Positions 10,471 through 23,117 of a stretch of DNA of 64,000 bases are shown here, piece by piece; the stretch's first letter is position 1; the number at the start of each line of letters is the position of its first letter. The notes under the pieces were generated by a model. That model was not told where the DNA came from. It ran no database searches and saw nothing but the letters and a program-made list of their open reading frames with translations. Position numbers and translations under genes: made by a program. This DNA is from an uncultured Deinococcaceae bacterium (lineage in GTDB: Bacteria > Deinococcota > Deinococci > Deinococcales > Deinococcaceae): NCBI GenBank assembly GCA_964252075.1, contig CAXULY010000001.1, positions 119,549 through 183,548 on the forward strand, written 5' to 3'.

Positions 10471-10965
10471 TTACCTCCCGTACGCGGGGATGCTCCCGAA
10501 CCACACCTCCGCCGGGATGGGCAGCCCGCGCTTCGGGATGGTCATGAGGTACCCGCCCCGCATGATGAGCCCCAGGTAATCGCGGTGCTCAATCACGCGC
10601 GCCACGGCGTCCCAGGCGTAATCCGCGCTCTGCCGGTCAATCTGCACGTGCAGCCCCTGCTGGTCCAGGCGGTACAGCGCGCGCCCGGACACGATCGCCT
10701 GCTCGTTCGCGCGCCGCTGCGCGGCGAGGTACCCGATGCCCAATATGGCGCCCGCGATGACGCCCAGCAGCAGCAGCAGCACCGCGAAGCCGCGCGTGCC
10801 GCCCACGAAGAACAGCGCGGCCAGCACCACGCACACCGCCGCGACCCACGCGAGGCGCCGCGCGCGCGACCAGAAGAGCCCCATGTGCGCCTGCCTCGCC
10901 ACCTTCGCGTTGGCGGGGTCGGCCCAGTCCACGGTAAACACGGTTGGTTGCAGCGGTGAAGACAT
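10471..10965 (-). CDS. YcxB-like membrane protein
   Basis: Two TM segments followed by a soluble domain with YAWD..IPKR. Confidence 0.6.
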   Translation of the reverse strand: MSSPLQPTVFTVDWADPANAKVARQAHMGLFWSRARRLAWVAAVCVVLAALFFVGGTRGFAVLLLLLGVIAGAILGIGYLAAQRRANEQAIVSGRALYRLDQQGLHVQIDRQSADYAWDAVARVIEHRDYLGLIMRGGYLMTIPKRGLPIPAEVWFGSIPAYGR

Positions 10966-11095
10966 GCCCGCATTTTAGGGGGCGGCGGGCGGCGGGCAAG
11001 GCCGCGCGGCTCTGGCGGGGAAGAGGGAACCGCGACCGGGCCGCTTTTGGGCGGCATTCACCATGCTTCGCGTCCGCGCGCCCTAGCATGCCCGC

Positions 11096-11986
11096 ATGTC
11101 CGTCACGGGTCGTTTCGCGCCGTCGCCGACGGGCGCCATGCACCTTGGGAACGCGCGCACGGCGCTCCTGGCGTGGGCGCAGGCGCGCGCGTGGGGCGGG
11201 CGCTTCCTGCTGCGCTTCGAGGACCTCGACACCAGTCGCGTGCGGCCCTTCGCGTACGAGGCCACGCGGCTGGACCTCGCGTGGCTGGGCGTGGACTGGG
11301 ACGTGGAGGAGCGGCAGAGCGAGCACACGGAGCGCTACGCCGAGGCCGCCGCACGCCTCGACACCTACGCCTGCTCCTGCACGCGCCGCGAGATCGCGGA
11401 GGCGGTGGGCGCCCCGCATGGCGCGGAGCCCGTGTACCCCGGCACCTGCCGGGACCGCCCTGAGCACCAGGACCGCCCCACCGCCCTGCGCTGGAGGGTG
11501 CCGGACGGGACGGTGTGCGTCCACGACAGCTGGACGGGTGACACCCTGTGCCAGCACCTCCCGGAGCACGTGGGGGACTTCGTGCTGCGCGGGCGGGACG
11601 GCGCGTGGGCGTACCACCTCGCGGTGGTGGTGGATGACGCGGCGTCCGGCGTGACGGACGTGCTGCGCGGCGCGGACCTGTGGAGCAGCGCGCCGCGGCA
11701 GGTGGCGTTGCAGCGGGCGCTCGGTCTGCCCACGCCGCGGTACTGGCACGTGCCGCTCATGACGGATTACGCGGGGGAGCGCCTCGCGAAGCGCGGAGGA
11801 GCGCCGCCTGTCATGGCGCTGCGCGAGCGTGGCGACGACCCGGAGCGGCTGCGTGCCGCTCTGCTGCGCTCTCTGGGCTGGGCGGTGCCGGACGTCCTGA
11901 CACCCGAGGGGGTCATTGGGTCCATGCGCCAGGAGTTATACCAAATGTCTAAAAATAAAGACCCGATAAAGGTGAACCGGGTCTAG
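11096..11986 (+). CDS. gluQ: Glutamyl-Q tRNA(Asp) synthetase
   Basis: GRFAPSPTGAMHLGN, LRFEDLD, CxC, YHLAVVVDD, RGADL, RLAKR; lacks anticodon domain. Confidence 0.88.
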   Translation: MSVTGRFAPSPTGAMHLGNARTALLAWAQARAWGGRFLLRFEDLDTSRVRPFAYEATRLDLAWLGVDWDVEERQSEHTERYAEAAARLDTYACSCTRREIAEAVGAPHGAEPVYPGTCRDRPEHQDRPTALRWRVPDGTVCVHDSWTGDTLCQHLPEHVGDFVLRGRDGAWAYHLAVVVDDAASGVTDVLRGADLWSSAPRQVALQRALGLPTPRYWHVPLMTDYAGERLAKRGGAPPVMALRERGDDPERLRAALLRSLGWAVPDVLTPEGVIGSMRQELYQMSKNKDPIKVNRV

Positions 11987-11995
11987 CCTGAAGGC

Positions 11996-13230
<1,235 letters not shown>

Positions 13231-13234
<4 letters not shown>

Positions 13235-14031
13235 CCGCCGCCCCCCTCACCTGCAGCGCGCGCATCCAGGCGGCCTTCGACCGCGCGCGCAGCGAGGGCC
13301 GCGCGGCCTTCATTCCGTACATGACGGCGGGCTTCCCGGACCGCGCGCGCTACCTCGACGTGGCCACCGCCCTGCTGGAGCACGCGGACCTGCTGGAGGT
13401 CGGCCTGCCGTACAGCGACCCCCTCGGGGACGGCCCCACCATCCAGCGCGCCAGCGAGGCCGCCCTGCGCGGCGGCGTGAGCGCGTACGAGACATTCGCA
13501 CTCGCCGCCGAACTGCGCGCCCGCACGGACAAGCCGCTGCTCCTCATGACGTACATCAACCCCGTGTACGCGCTCGGCCCGCGCCGCTTCCTGGAACGGG
13601 CGGTGCAGGCGGGCTTCGACGGCCTGATCCTGCCGGACCTCCCGCCCGACCAGGACGACGAGATCGCCGCGCTCGCCACGGAACTCGGCCTCGCCCTGAC
13701 CTTCCTGATCGCGCCCACCAGCACCCCGGAGCGCGTGCAGCTCGTTGCGCGGGCCTGCACGGGCTTCGTGTACGCGGTGAGCGTGGTGGGCATCACGGGC
13801 GCGCGCGAGGGCAGCGCCCTGCATGAGGTGCCGCGCCTCGTGGACCTCGCGCGGCGGTTCACGGACAAACCCATCGCGGTGGGGTTTGGGGTGCGGGACG
13901 GCGCGACCGCGCACGAGGTCGCGGAAGTTGCGGACGGCGTGGTGGTCGGCAGCGTCTTCGTGAACGCCGCGGAGCAGGGCCAGGACGTGGGCGCGCTCGC
14001 CGCAGAAATCCGCGCGGGCACCCGCCGCTGA
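13231..14031 (+). CDS. trpA: Tryptophan synthase alpha chain
   Basis: [44 protein letters not shown] overlaps trpB stop. Confidence 0.96.
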
Positions 14032-14049
14032 AGGCCCCTGAGCGGAGCG

Positions 14050-14075
14050 GCGGGCGGCCCATGAGGGCCGCCCGC
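14050..14075 (+). terminator. GC-rich hairpin after trpA
   Basis: GCGGGCGGCCC-ATGA-GGGCCGCCCGC. Confidence 0.6.
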
Positions 14076-14124
14076 TTGGCTGTGCGCTCAAGGTCCTATC
14101 AGGTGGGCGGTGTGAGCTGAGCGC

Positions 14125-15126
14125 ATGACCCTCCCAGGCCGCAAGCGTGACCCGGTGTTGTTTCACCGCGCCACCCAGAACCCCATCCTGTCCGCCGACG
14201 ACTGGCCGTACCCCGCGAACACGGTGTTCAACGCGGGCGCCACGCGCCTGCAGGACGGCACAACCCTGCTGCTGTGCCGCGTGGAGGCGTACACGGGCTT
14301 CTCGCACCTCACGGCGGCGAGGTCCGCGGACGGCGTGACGGGCTGGGTAATTGACCCCGCCCCGACCTTCACGTCGCACCCGGACCACCCGGAGGAGGCG
14401 TGGGGCGTGGAGGACCCGCGCATCACGTTCCTGCCGGAGGAGGGGCGGTACGCCGTGCTGTACACCGCGTACGGGCCGGGCGGGCCGAGCGTGTCCATGG
14501 CGTTCACCGAGGACTTCGTGACCTTCGAGCGCCAGGGCGCGATCTTCCCGCCTGAGGACAAGGACGCCGCCCTCTTCCCGCGCCGTTTCGGGGGGCGCTG
14601 GGCGGCCATCCACCGGCCTGTCACACCGACCACGCGCGACATGCACCTGGCGTACAGCGCGGACCTGCGCACCTTCAGGGACGGCGGGACCATCCTGCAC
14701 GCGCGGAAGGGCGGGTGGTGGGATGCGAACAAGATCGGCCTGAGCGCCCCGCCTATCGAGACGCCCGAGGGCTGGCTGATCATCTACCACGGCGTGAAAA
14801 TCACGGGCAGTGGCGTGCTGTACCGCAACGGCCTCGCGCTGTACGACCTCGAGGACCCCACCCGCTGCCTGCGCCGCAGTGACGAGTGGTGCCTGGGGCC
14901 GCGCACGCTCGCGGAGCGCGTGGGGGACGTGGACAACGTGGTCTTCCCGTGCGGTACCACCCTCGCGGACGACGGCGACACCCTGCGCGTGTACTACGGC
15001 GAGGCGGACACCAGCATGGGCGTCGCGACGGCCAGCGTGCGCGCGCTGCTGGACTGGCTGCGCGCGCACGGCAGTACCCCCGAGGCGGTCGGGGGTGAGG
15101 GCGCAGGCGGTACACTCCCGGCATGA
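14125..15126 (+). CDS. GH130-like glycosidase/glycoside phosphorylase
   Basis: NPIL, VFNAGA, GVEDPRIT, EDKDAALFP, PPIETPEGWLIIYHG, NVVFPCG, YYGEAD. Confidence 0.85.
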   Translation: MTLPGRKRDPVLFHRATQNPILSADDWPYPANTVFNAGATRLQDGTTLLLCRVEAYTGFSHLTAARSADGVTGWVIDPAPTFTSHPDHPEEAWGVEDPRITFLPEEGRYAVLYTAYGPGGPSVSMAFTEDFVTFERQGAIFPPEDKDAALFPRRFGGRWAAIHRPVTPTTRDMHLAYSADLRTFRDGGTILHARKGGWWDANKIGLSAPPIETPEGWLIIYHGVKITGSGVLYRNGLALYDLEDPTRCLRRSDEWCLGPRTLAERVGDVDNVVFPCGTTLADDGDTLRVYYGEADTSMGVATASVRALLDWLRAHGSTPEAVGGEGAGGTLPA

Positions 15127-15968
15127 CCTGGGTCAAGCACCTGAAAGTCGGCGACGCCGCCGTGTACAGCCTCACGGACGGACGCTTCCGCCTGGACGGC
15201 GGCGCGATGTTCGGCGTGGTGCCGCGCGCGCTGTGGGAGCGCGTCGCCCCGCCGGACGACGAGAACCGCATCGCGCTGCGCATCAACCCACTGCTCATTC
15301 AGCTGGGCGGGAAGAACATCCTCGTGGAGACGGGTTTCTGGGACCGCGGCGGCGAGAAGTTTGATTTCCTCTACGCGGTGGAGCGCGACGAGACGCTGTT
15401 CTCCGGCCTGCGCTCCCTGGACCTCACGCCGGACGACATTCACCTCGTGATCAACACGCACCTGCACTTCGATCACGCGGGGCGCAACACGGACGCGCTG
15501 GGACAGCCGACCTTCCCGAACGCGCGGTACGTGGTGCAGGCGCAGGACCTGTACGACGCGCAGCATCCGCACGAACGCAACCGGGCGAGTTACGTGCCGG
15601 AAACCTTCGAGCCGATTGTGGAGGCGGGCCTGTTCGACACGGTGGAGGGCGAGGCGGAACTGCTGCCGGGCCTGAGCGTGGTGCCGCTGCCGGGGCACAA
15701 CCTGGGGCAGCAGGGGGTGGTGCTGCGCTCGGGCGGGCAGACGCTCGTGGCGTGCGCGGACCTCATGCCGACCGCCGCGCACGCGCCGTACCCGTACATC
15801 ATGGGGTACGACCTGTACCCCGTGACGACGCTGGGCGTCCGCAAGACGTTCTTCCCGCGCTGGGCGGAGGAGGGCGCGATCCTCGCGCCGCCGCATGACC
15901 CGGACCACGCGTTCCTGCGTTTGGTGTCGAACGGCAAGGGCGGATTCAGAACTGAGCCTGTGCTATGA
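15123..15968 (+). CDS. MBL-fold metallo-hydrolase (YtnP-like)
   Basis: LDGGAMFGVVP, THLHFDHAG, PGH, GYDLYP. Confidence 0.88.
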   Translation: MTWVKHLKVGDAAVYSLTDGRFRLDGGAMFGVVPRALWERVAPPDDENRIALRINPLLIQLGGKNILVETGFWDRGGEKFDFLYAVERDETLFSGLRSLDLTPDDIHLVINTHLHFDHAGRNTDALGQPTFPNARYVVQAQDLYDAQHPHERNRASYVPETFEPIVEAGLFDTVEGEAELLPGLSVVPLPGHNLGQQGVVLRSGGQTLVACADLMPTAAHAPYPYIMGYDLYPVTTLGVRKTFFPRWAEEGAILAPPHDPDHAFLRLVSNGKGGFRTEPVL

Positions 15969-15971
15969 GGA

Positions 15972-16012
15972 CAAAAAATTCACGAGTTGAGATTATCGTG
16001 AAATCATTCACT
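15972..16012 (+). repeat. Dispersed 41-bp asymmetric element, copy 1
   Basis: CAAAAAA-TTCACGA-GTTGAGATTA-TCGTGAA-ATCA-TTCACT. Confidence 0.9.
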
Positions 16013-16029
16013 TACTCTCGGTGCTGCTG

Positions 16030-17124
<1,095 letters not shown>

Positions 17125-17268
17125 GGGCCTAAGGGACCCGCTCCCACTCTCGCACCACGTGGATGATAGAAGAGGCACCCTGGGCAGGCCTGGGTGCCTT
17201 CATCGTGCGTCGAGGTGCGGAATGTTTCTCAACCCGACGTACTGCACCCGCAGCCCGCCTTTCCTGCA

Positions 17269-18696
17269 TCAGTACAGGCGGCGACGGCGGTGAATGCGCC
17301 CGTCCGCGATGACGGCGCCCAGAATCAGCAGTGCGCTGGCGCCCAGCACCGGGGCGTCCCCAAAGCGCACGTACGGCGTGACCGCGTTCAGCCGTGCGAA
17401 GCGTGCGTGCAGCACGTCCTCGCCGGTGTCGAGTCGGGCCTGCACCTGCCCAAGGTCGTTCACGAACCCCGCCACGCCGTCATTCACGCTCCGCAGCACC
17501 CAGCGGCGCGTCTCGATGGCGCGCACGCGACCCATCATAAAGTGCTGCTCGACGCCCCACCCCTTGAACCACCCGTCGTTGCTGACGTTCACCAGCACCT
17601 CCGCGCCATTCCGCACCTGCTGGCGCGCGAGCTGTGAGAACACGTCGTCGTAGCAGATGTACGTGCCGTAGCGCGTGCCGGAAAGCGTGAGGGGCGTGGA
17701 GTGCGTGCCGGCGTCCGGCATGTCGAAGGCGAAGCCGAGGCGCGCGAAGATCCAGTCGTAAAGGGGACGCAGGGCGTCCTTGAGGGGGAAGTACTCCCCG
17801 AACGGCACGAGTTTCACCTTGTCGTAGCGGGACTCCACCTGCCCGTTCCAGGACACGGCGGCGTTCCAGCCGGGGTACGACACGCCCGTGATGAGCAGCT
17901 TGGGGAGCTGCTGCGCCTGCAGGGGGTCGCTCAGGACCGCGCTGTTGACGGCGGTCTCGCTCCAGGCGACCACCTCGCCCGGCTGCGCCTGCTGGCTGAG
18001 CGTGAGGCTGCGCCCGATGAGTGGGGTGCCCACCGCCTTGTCGAAGGAGTTCAGGTCGGTGCGGAGCAGCAGCATCTGGGCCTCCGGGCCCTGCGCGGGG
18101 TGGCGGGTCACGCCGTACGCGACGGACCCTGCCCACACCAGCGCGAGCGCCAGGGCGGGCCGCCACTGCCCGCCGATCAGGCGCGCGAGCGCAGCGGCCG
18201 TGAGCGTCACGAGCAGGCTGAGGCCCAGCACGCCCCACAGGTCCGCCGTCTGCACGGCGGGCGTGGGGAGGGTGGTGTAGCCCAGGAGGCTCCACGGGAA
18301 GGCGAAGGGCCCCAGGTGCCGCAGCCACTCCAGGATCACCCAGCCCCCGGTGAGCGCCCACACGCGCGCTTCCGGCCAGCGCACGAGGCGCGCGATCACC
18401 CAGGTGGTGAGCGCCAGGAACAGGCCCTCCAGCGCGAACACCGGCAGGAACATGATGATGCCGAACGGCCCGAAGCCCGTGCCGAAACTCTCGGGCAGCC
18501 ACGTGAGCTGCACCGTGAAGTACGCGAAGCCGCCCCAGAAGGCCAGCCACGCGGCGCGACGGGGGGTGGGCGCGGCGGCGATCAGCCACAGCAGGCCCGC
18601 GAGCGGCACGAAACTCAGGGCGCTCCAGGGCAGGGGAAGTCCGCACAGCGCGAGCAGCGCGCCGAGCACGACGGAGAACACGAACGGCACCCGCAC
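17269..18696 (-). CDS. lnt: Apolipoprotein N-acyltransferase
   Basis: Multi-TM N-terminus; WSE, YDKVKLVPFGEY, ICYDD, NVSNDGWF, RAIETRR. Confidence 0.93.
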   Translation of the reverse strand: MRVPFVFSVVLGALLALCGLPLPWSALSFVPLAGLLWLIAAAPTPRRAAWLAFWGGFAYFTVQLTWLPESFGTGFGPFGIIMFLPVFALEGLFLALTTWVIARLVRWPEARVWALTGGWVILEWLRHLGPFAFPWSLLGYTTLPTPAVQTADLWGVLGLSLLVTLTAAALARLIGGQWRPALALALVWAGSVAYGVTRHPAQGPEAQMLLLRTDLNSFDKAVGTPLIGRSLTLSQQAQPGEVVAWSETAVNSAVLSDPLQAQQLPKLLITGVSYPGWNAAVSWNGQVESRYDKVKLVPFGEYFPLKDALRPLYDWIFARLGFAFDMPDAGTHSTPLTLSGTRYGTYICYDDVFSQLARQQVRNGAEVLVNVSNDGWFKGWGVEQHFMMGRVRAIETRRWVLRSVNDGVAGFVNDLGQVQARLDTGEDVLHARFARLNAVTPYVRFGDAPVLGASALLILGAVIADGRIHRRRRLY

Positions 18697-18794
18697 ACTG
18701 TACGGCGCTCCGGGCGTTCTTGGGTAGCGTACGCGCGCCGCGCGCCAGATTTTGCGCGGCGTGATGGCCGCGTTTCCTGTACCCTGAGGGCACT

Positions 18795-19499
18795 TTGAGA
18801 GCCGCGTTCATCAGTGACATTCACGGGAATATTCACGCCCTGGCGGCTGTTCAGCGCTTCCTGAGCAGCCAGAACATCGATCATGTGGTGGTGCTGGGCG
18901 ACCTCGTGGGGTACGGCGCGAGCCCCGGCGCGGTCATTGATACGGTGGAGCGCATGCGGTGGCACGTCACGCTGGGGTCCAGTGACGCGCGCGTCGCCTT
19001 CACCTTCGCGGAGGGCGGCGGGCGCGCGGGCGTCAGCGAGCAGGTGCTCGCGTGGACGCGCGAGATGCTCACGCGCGAGCAGTTCGATTTCCTGCGGCGC
19101 CTCCCCACCAACGGGCGCCTCGTCACGCCGCACGGCCGCGTGCGGTTCTTCCACGGCAGCCCGCACGACCCGGACACCAAACTGGATCTGATGGCCGAGG
19201 ACCGCGAGCTGGAGCGCGTGCTGGAGGCGACGGGGGCGCGCGTGGTGGTGTGCGGCGGCACGCACGTGCCCCTGTACCGCAAGGTCGGTCAGGGCCTCTT
19301 CATCGATCCGGGGTCGGTCGGCCTGACGCTCAACAGCGAGCCGGGCGCGGACGTGGCAATCGTGGAATTCTCAGGGAAGGCACCAGAAGTGGAGATGCAC
19401 AAGGTGCAGTACGACTTCCACGCGGCGGCGTTCGACATCATGGCGTGGAACCTCCCACCCGTCATCGCAGACGTGATCCGCACGGGCCGCATGGGCTGA
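18795..19499 (+). CDS. Metallophosphoesterase family protein
   Basis: [24 protein letters not shown]; the usual GNHD and GHTH motifs appear as GSSD and GGTH. Confidence 0.85.
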   Translation: MRAAFISDIHGNIHALAAVQRFLSSQNIDHVVVLGDLVGYGASPGAVIDTVERMRWHVTLGSSDARVAFTFAEGGGRAGVSEQVLAWTREMLTREQFDFLRRLPTNGRLVTPHGRVRFFHGSPHDPDTKLDLMAEDRELERVLEATGARVVVCGGTHVPLYRKVGQGLFIDPGSVGLTLNSEPGADVAIVEFSGKAPEVEMHKVQYDFHAAAFDIMAWNLPPVIADVIRTGRMG

Positions 19500-19512
19500 T
19501 GACCCGGCGGTG

Positions 19513-19547
19513 AGGGGGGTGAGCAGGCATGGCCCGCTCACCCCCTC
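19513..19547. terminator. Hairpin between convergent genes
   Basis: GGGGGTGAGC...GCTCACCCCC. Confidence 0.55.
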
Positions 19548-19551
19548 CGCT

Positions 19552-20163
19552 TCACTTCAGTTCGTTGCTGCGCCGGGCGCGCATGAGGGCGGCGGTGGCC
19601 TGCGCTTCTGCCCTTGGGCTGAGCGCGAGGTGCGCCTCCACCGCGGCGCGGTCCTCGGGCGACTTGTTCTGGCTGAGCTTGAACTTGCCCTCCAGCCGCG
19701 TGACGCGCAACTCGAAGGTCACGACGGCCTGCAGCAGCCGCGCCTCATAAACGTCCGGGATGGGCGGTGCGTCCGGCGTGAAGGTCCGCAGCATGGCGCG
19801 CGCGACCTCGGCGGCCGCCGCGTCCGGCAGCACGCGCGCCTCGACGCTGGCGTGAACGGCGGTGTAATTCCAGGTGGGCACGTTCGGCGCGCCCGCGTAC
19901 CACGCGGGGTGAACGAGCGCGTGCGGGCCCTGGAACACCACGAGCGCCCGCGGGTCGTCGCGCAGGTGCTGCCACTGCGCGTTCGCGCGCGCCACGTGCA
20001 AGCGCAGGTACAGCGCACCGCCCTCCTCCTCGATGAGGAGCGGCAGGTGCGTCGCGAACGGCGCGCCGCCCGGCGCCGTGATCAGGGTGGCGAAGGGGTG
20101 CTCGCGCATGAAGGCCAGCAGTGTGGCCTCGTCGCGCTCCACCGCGTAGGCGGGTAGGTACAT
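19552..20163 (-). CDS. FMN-binding negative transcriptional regulator (PaiB family)
   Basis: [31 protein letters not shown]. Confidence 0.88.
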   Translation of the reverse strand: MYLPAYAVERDEATLLAFMREHPFATLITAPGGAPFATHLPLLIEEEGGALYLRLHVARANAQWQHLRDDPRALVVFQGPHALVHPAWYAGAPNVPTWNYTAVHASVEARVLPDAAAAEVARAMLRTFTPDAPPIPDVYEARLLQAVVTFELRVTRLEGKFKLSQNKSPEDRAAVEAHLALSPRAEAQATAALMRARRSNELK

Positions 20164-20262
20164 ACGGCGAGTGTACGGTCATGTGGAGTTCTGGGCGAGG
20201 ACCAGCGGCGGCGCGAACGGGCGGACCAATCGTGCGGCCCGCGGCCGTGATTGACTGTGGGC

Positions 20263-20766
20263 ATGACGGAACCTGACGTGCAGCGGCACCGCAGTTACAG
20301 CTGGCATGACCCCCTGGAGACGGCGCGCCTGGGCCGCGAGCTGAGCGGCCTGGAGCACCTGCTCGCCATGGGGCGCGGCGAGATCCCGCTGCCGCCCATC
20401 ATGGCGACCCTCGGCATGGAGGGCGCGCCGCCGCAGGCGGAGGAGGGCCGCGTGACCTTCTTCCTGAACCCGCAGGAGTACCACATGAACCCCATCGGGA
20501 GCGTGCACGGTGGGGTGTACGCCACGCTGCTGGATTCCGCGATGGGGTGCGCCGTGCAGACGCGCCTGCCCGCCGGGGTGGGCTACACGACCTTGGAACT
20601 CTCGGTGCGCTTCGTGCGGCCCCTGCAACTCGGGAAGCCCGTGCGGTGCGAGGGCGTGAGCGTCTCGGCAGGGCGCACGGTCGCGACGGCCGAGGGCCGC
20701 ATCGTGGATGAGGACGGCCGCCTGTACGCGACGGGCGCCACCACCTGCCTCATCCTGCGCCCGTAG
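20263..20766 (+). CDS. PaaI family thioesterase
   Basis: NPIGSVHGGVYATLLDSAMG, TTLEL. Confidence 0.9.
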   Translation: MTEPDVQRHRSYSWHDPLETARLGRELSGLEHLLAMGRGEIPLPPIMATLGMEGAPPQAEEGRVTFFLNPQEYHMNPIGSVHGGVYATLLDSAMGCAVQTRLPAGVGYTTLELSVRFVRPLQLGKPVRCEGVSVSAGRTVATAEGRIVDEDGRLYATGATTCLILRP

Positions 20767-20775
20767 GGGCGGGGG

Positions 20776-21921
20776 TCAGGCGGGCACGGTGAGCGCCTCG
20801 TCGAAGCGCGCGGTGAGCCCACGCGCGCCCAGGATGTCCTCCAGCGCGCGCAGGAAGGTGCGGTACGGCGCGGGCCGCGCGGACTCACCCATCAGGCCGA
20901 GGCGCCAGATGACGCCCGCCGTCGCGCCCAGCCCCCCCGTGATGCTGATGTTGCGCCGACGCAGCTCCGCCCGCACGCCCGCATCATCCAGGCCGTCCGG
21001 GAGGCGCAGGGCCAGCACGGTGGGGAGGCGCGCCCCGGGGTCCTGCACGAAGTGGCGAAAGCCGAGCGGTGAGAGGGCCTTGAAGACCGCCGCGCCCACC
21101 TCCTGCACGCGGCGCGCGCGCTGCGGCAGGCCCTCGTCGAGTGCGGCGCGCAGGGCGCCGTGCAGCGCGAAGTGCAGGTTCACGGGCACCGTGTGGTGGT
21201 AGCGCCGCTCCTGCCAGTACTCACGCAGGCCCCCCAGGTCCGCGTACCACAGGGGCGTGGGGGCGCGGCGCGCCTCGAAGCGCGCGAAGGCCCGCTCACT
21301 CACCGCGATGGGCGCCACACCCGGAGGGGCGGACAGGCACTTCTGGGAGCCGGTGTAGGCGTAGTCCACGCCCCAGGCAGCCATCTCGAAGGGCTGCATG
21401 CCCGCGGTCGTGACGGCGTCCACCGTGACGAGGGCGCCGCGCGCGCGGGCGAGTCGCGCGATCTCGGGAACGGGGTTCAGGACGCCCGTGCTGGTCTCGC
21501 CGTGCACCACCGCGACCATGTGCGCGCCGTCCAGGTGCGCCTCCACGTCTTCGGGACGGATCGCCTCGCCCAGCGGCGCCTGCACCAGCCGCACCGTGCC
21601 GCCGTGCCGGGCGACCATCTCGGCCATGCGCTGTCCGAAACTGCCGTTCGCGCACACCAGCACGGTGTCGCCCGGCTCGATGAGGTTCGCGAAGCCCGCT
21701 TCCATGCCGAGGCTGCCCGTGCCCGCGAGGAGCGCCGTGAAGGTGCCAGGCGCCGCGCCATACATGGCGCGCAGGTCCGCCTGGATCTCGGCGTTCAGCG
21801 CGAACACCTCCGGGTCCATGTGCCCGAGCATGGGGTGCATCAGGCCCTGTAGGGCGCGCGGGTGAATGGGCGTCGGGCCGGGGGTCAGCAGCACATGGTC
21901 GGAGGAAGGGTCGGGCAACAT
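20776..21921 (-). CDS. Class V aminotransferase (alanine/serine-glyoxylate type)
   Basis: [36 protein letters not shown]. Confidence 0.92.
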   Translation of the reverse strand: MLPDPSSDHVLLTPGPTPIHPRALQGLMHPMLGHMDPEVFALNAEIQADLRAMYGAAPGTFTALLAGTGSLGMEAGFANLIEPGDTVLVCANGSFGQRMAEMVARHGGTVRLVQAPLGEAIRPEDVEAHLDGAHMVAVVHGETSTGVLNPVPEIARLARARGALVTVDAVTTAGMQPFEMAAWGVDYAYTGSQKCLSAPPGVAPIAVSERAFARFEARRAPTPLWYADLGGLREYWQERRYHHTVPVNLHFALHGALRAALDEGLPQRARRVQEVGAAVFKALSPLGFRHFVQDPGARLPTVLALRLPDGLDDAGVRAELRRRNISITGGLGATAGVIWRLGLMGESARPAPYRTFLRALEDILGARGLTARFDEALTVPA

Positions 21922-22044
21922 CGAGGAGTATTATACTGCATCAAAGAAACAAAATTGCGTTATAGACGCGAAAACCCGGTTCATATTCAGATTTATTGCT
22001 GAAAAGTCGCGTGACAGTTCGCGTGACGAACAAAACGCCAGACA

Positions 22045-22485
22045 TCACGCAATCATTCCTGCCTGCCGCGCGAGGAGCCACCCCACCAGCAGGCCGCGCG
22101 CCAGCCACAGCGCGGTGCGTCCCCAGTTGCTCCGGACCAGGGCGCGCCACGCCCGCTCGTCCCACCCGCGTGACAGCCGCCCATGCAGGGGCGATTGCAC
22201 GAGCGCCGTCATGCCCCAGATCAGCGCGATCAGGGCAAGGCCCAGCCAGACCGCCCAGGCGGGCGCGCTGGGCGGCGAGCGCCACGCGAGGACCGCGCCC
22301 GTCAGGAGTTCGCCCAGCATCAGTGGACCCACCAGGGCGGTGATGCGGCGGGTGTGCTCCAACTCGTACGGCACGAAGGCGCCGTCCCCCACGCGCGCGA
22401 ACAGGGGGTAATGCACCCACTGCACCGTCAGGATCAGGCCGCACAGGGCCCAGGTCAGCGCGGCGTGAGCGAGCAGCAGCATCAC
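22045..22485 (-). CDS. Hypothetical 4-TM membrane protein
   Basis: Hydrophobic ORF with VQWVHYPLF..NWGRTALW; host-like codon usage. Confidence 0.7.
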   Translation of the reverse strand: MMLLLAHAALTWALCGLILTVQWVHYPLFARVGDGAFVPYELEHTRRITALVGPLMLGELLTGAVLAWRSPPSAPAWAVWLGLALIALIWGMTALVQSPLHGRLSRGWDERAWRALVRSNWGRTALWLARGLLVGWLLARQAGMIA

Positions 22486-22554
22486 CGCCAGTATGCGGGG
22501 CCCGAGCGACTGAACGCTCGAGCCCCGCGGTGCAGGTTGGATTCGGCGCGACCC

Positions 22555-23037
22555 TCAGCGCTCGTAGAAGGGAGGGGGCGTGATGCCGAGCGCGCGCAGG
22601 TACACGTAGCCCTGACCGCGGTGGTGGATTTCGTTGTCCACCGCGTAGATCATGGCGGCGTGCGCGGGCATGGTGCCCCAGAACAGCGGTTTGTTCTCGG
22701 CGTAGCGGGCGCTGGGCACACCGGGCAGCTGAGCGTCCATGCGGGTGGTGAGGTCGTCCCACGCGGCCAGCAGAACCGCGCGGTCCTTTTGCGGCGCGCC
22801 CCACTCGGGTTTCGCCCAGGTGTCCGTCGCGAAGCCCGTGAGCATGTAGTCCGCGACGCCATGCATCTCCCAGGCGAGCTCACCGAAGTTGCGCATCCCG
22901 CCGACGCTGAAGGTGAACAGCTGGTCCTCGGGGAACGCCTCGATGACGCGGCGGGAGAGTCGGCGGTGTCCCTGCCAGTGCTGCAGGAACGTGGCGGGGC
23001 TCATAACGGCGGTCTCCAGCAATTTTGTCTCAGGCAT
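22555..23037 (-). CDS. DinB family protein
   Basis: HWQGHRRL, FSVGGMR, DNEIHHRGQGYVYLRALG. Confidence 0.9.
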   Translation of the reverse strand: MPETKLLETAVMSPATFLQHWQGHRRLSRRVIEAFPEDQLFTFSVGGMRNFGELAWEMHGVADYMLTGFATDTWAKPEWGAPQKDRAVLLAAWDDLTTRMDAQLPGVPSARYAENKPLFWGTMPAHAAMIYAVDNEIHHRGQGYVYLRALGITPPPFYER

Positions 23038-23117
23038 AATCTTTGGTTCCCCCTCGTCTTCCAGAGTAAAGCCGATTCCCGTCAGGGTGCGTCGTGATTT
23101 TGTGTCATGCTCAGGGC

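Noticed and set aside
17125..17268. Hairpin-rich ackA-lnt gap as an ncRNA
   Set aside because: Explained adequately by a terminator-like hairpin (AGGCACCC..GGGTGCCT) between convergent genes; no other support.
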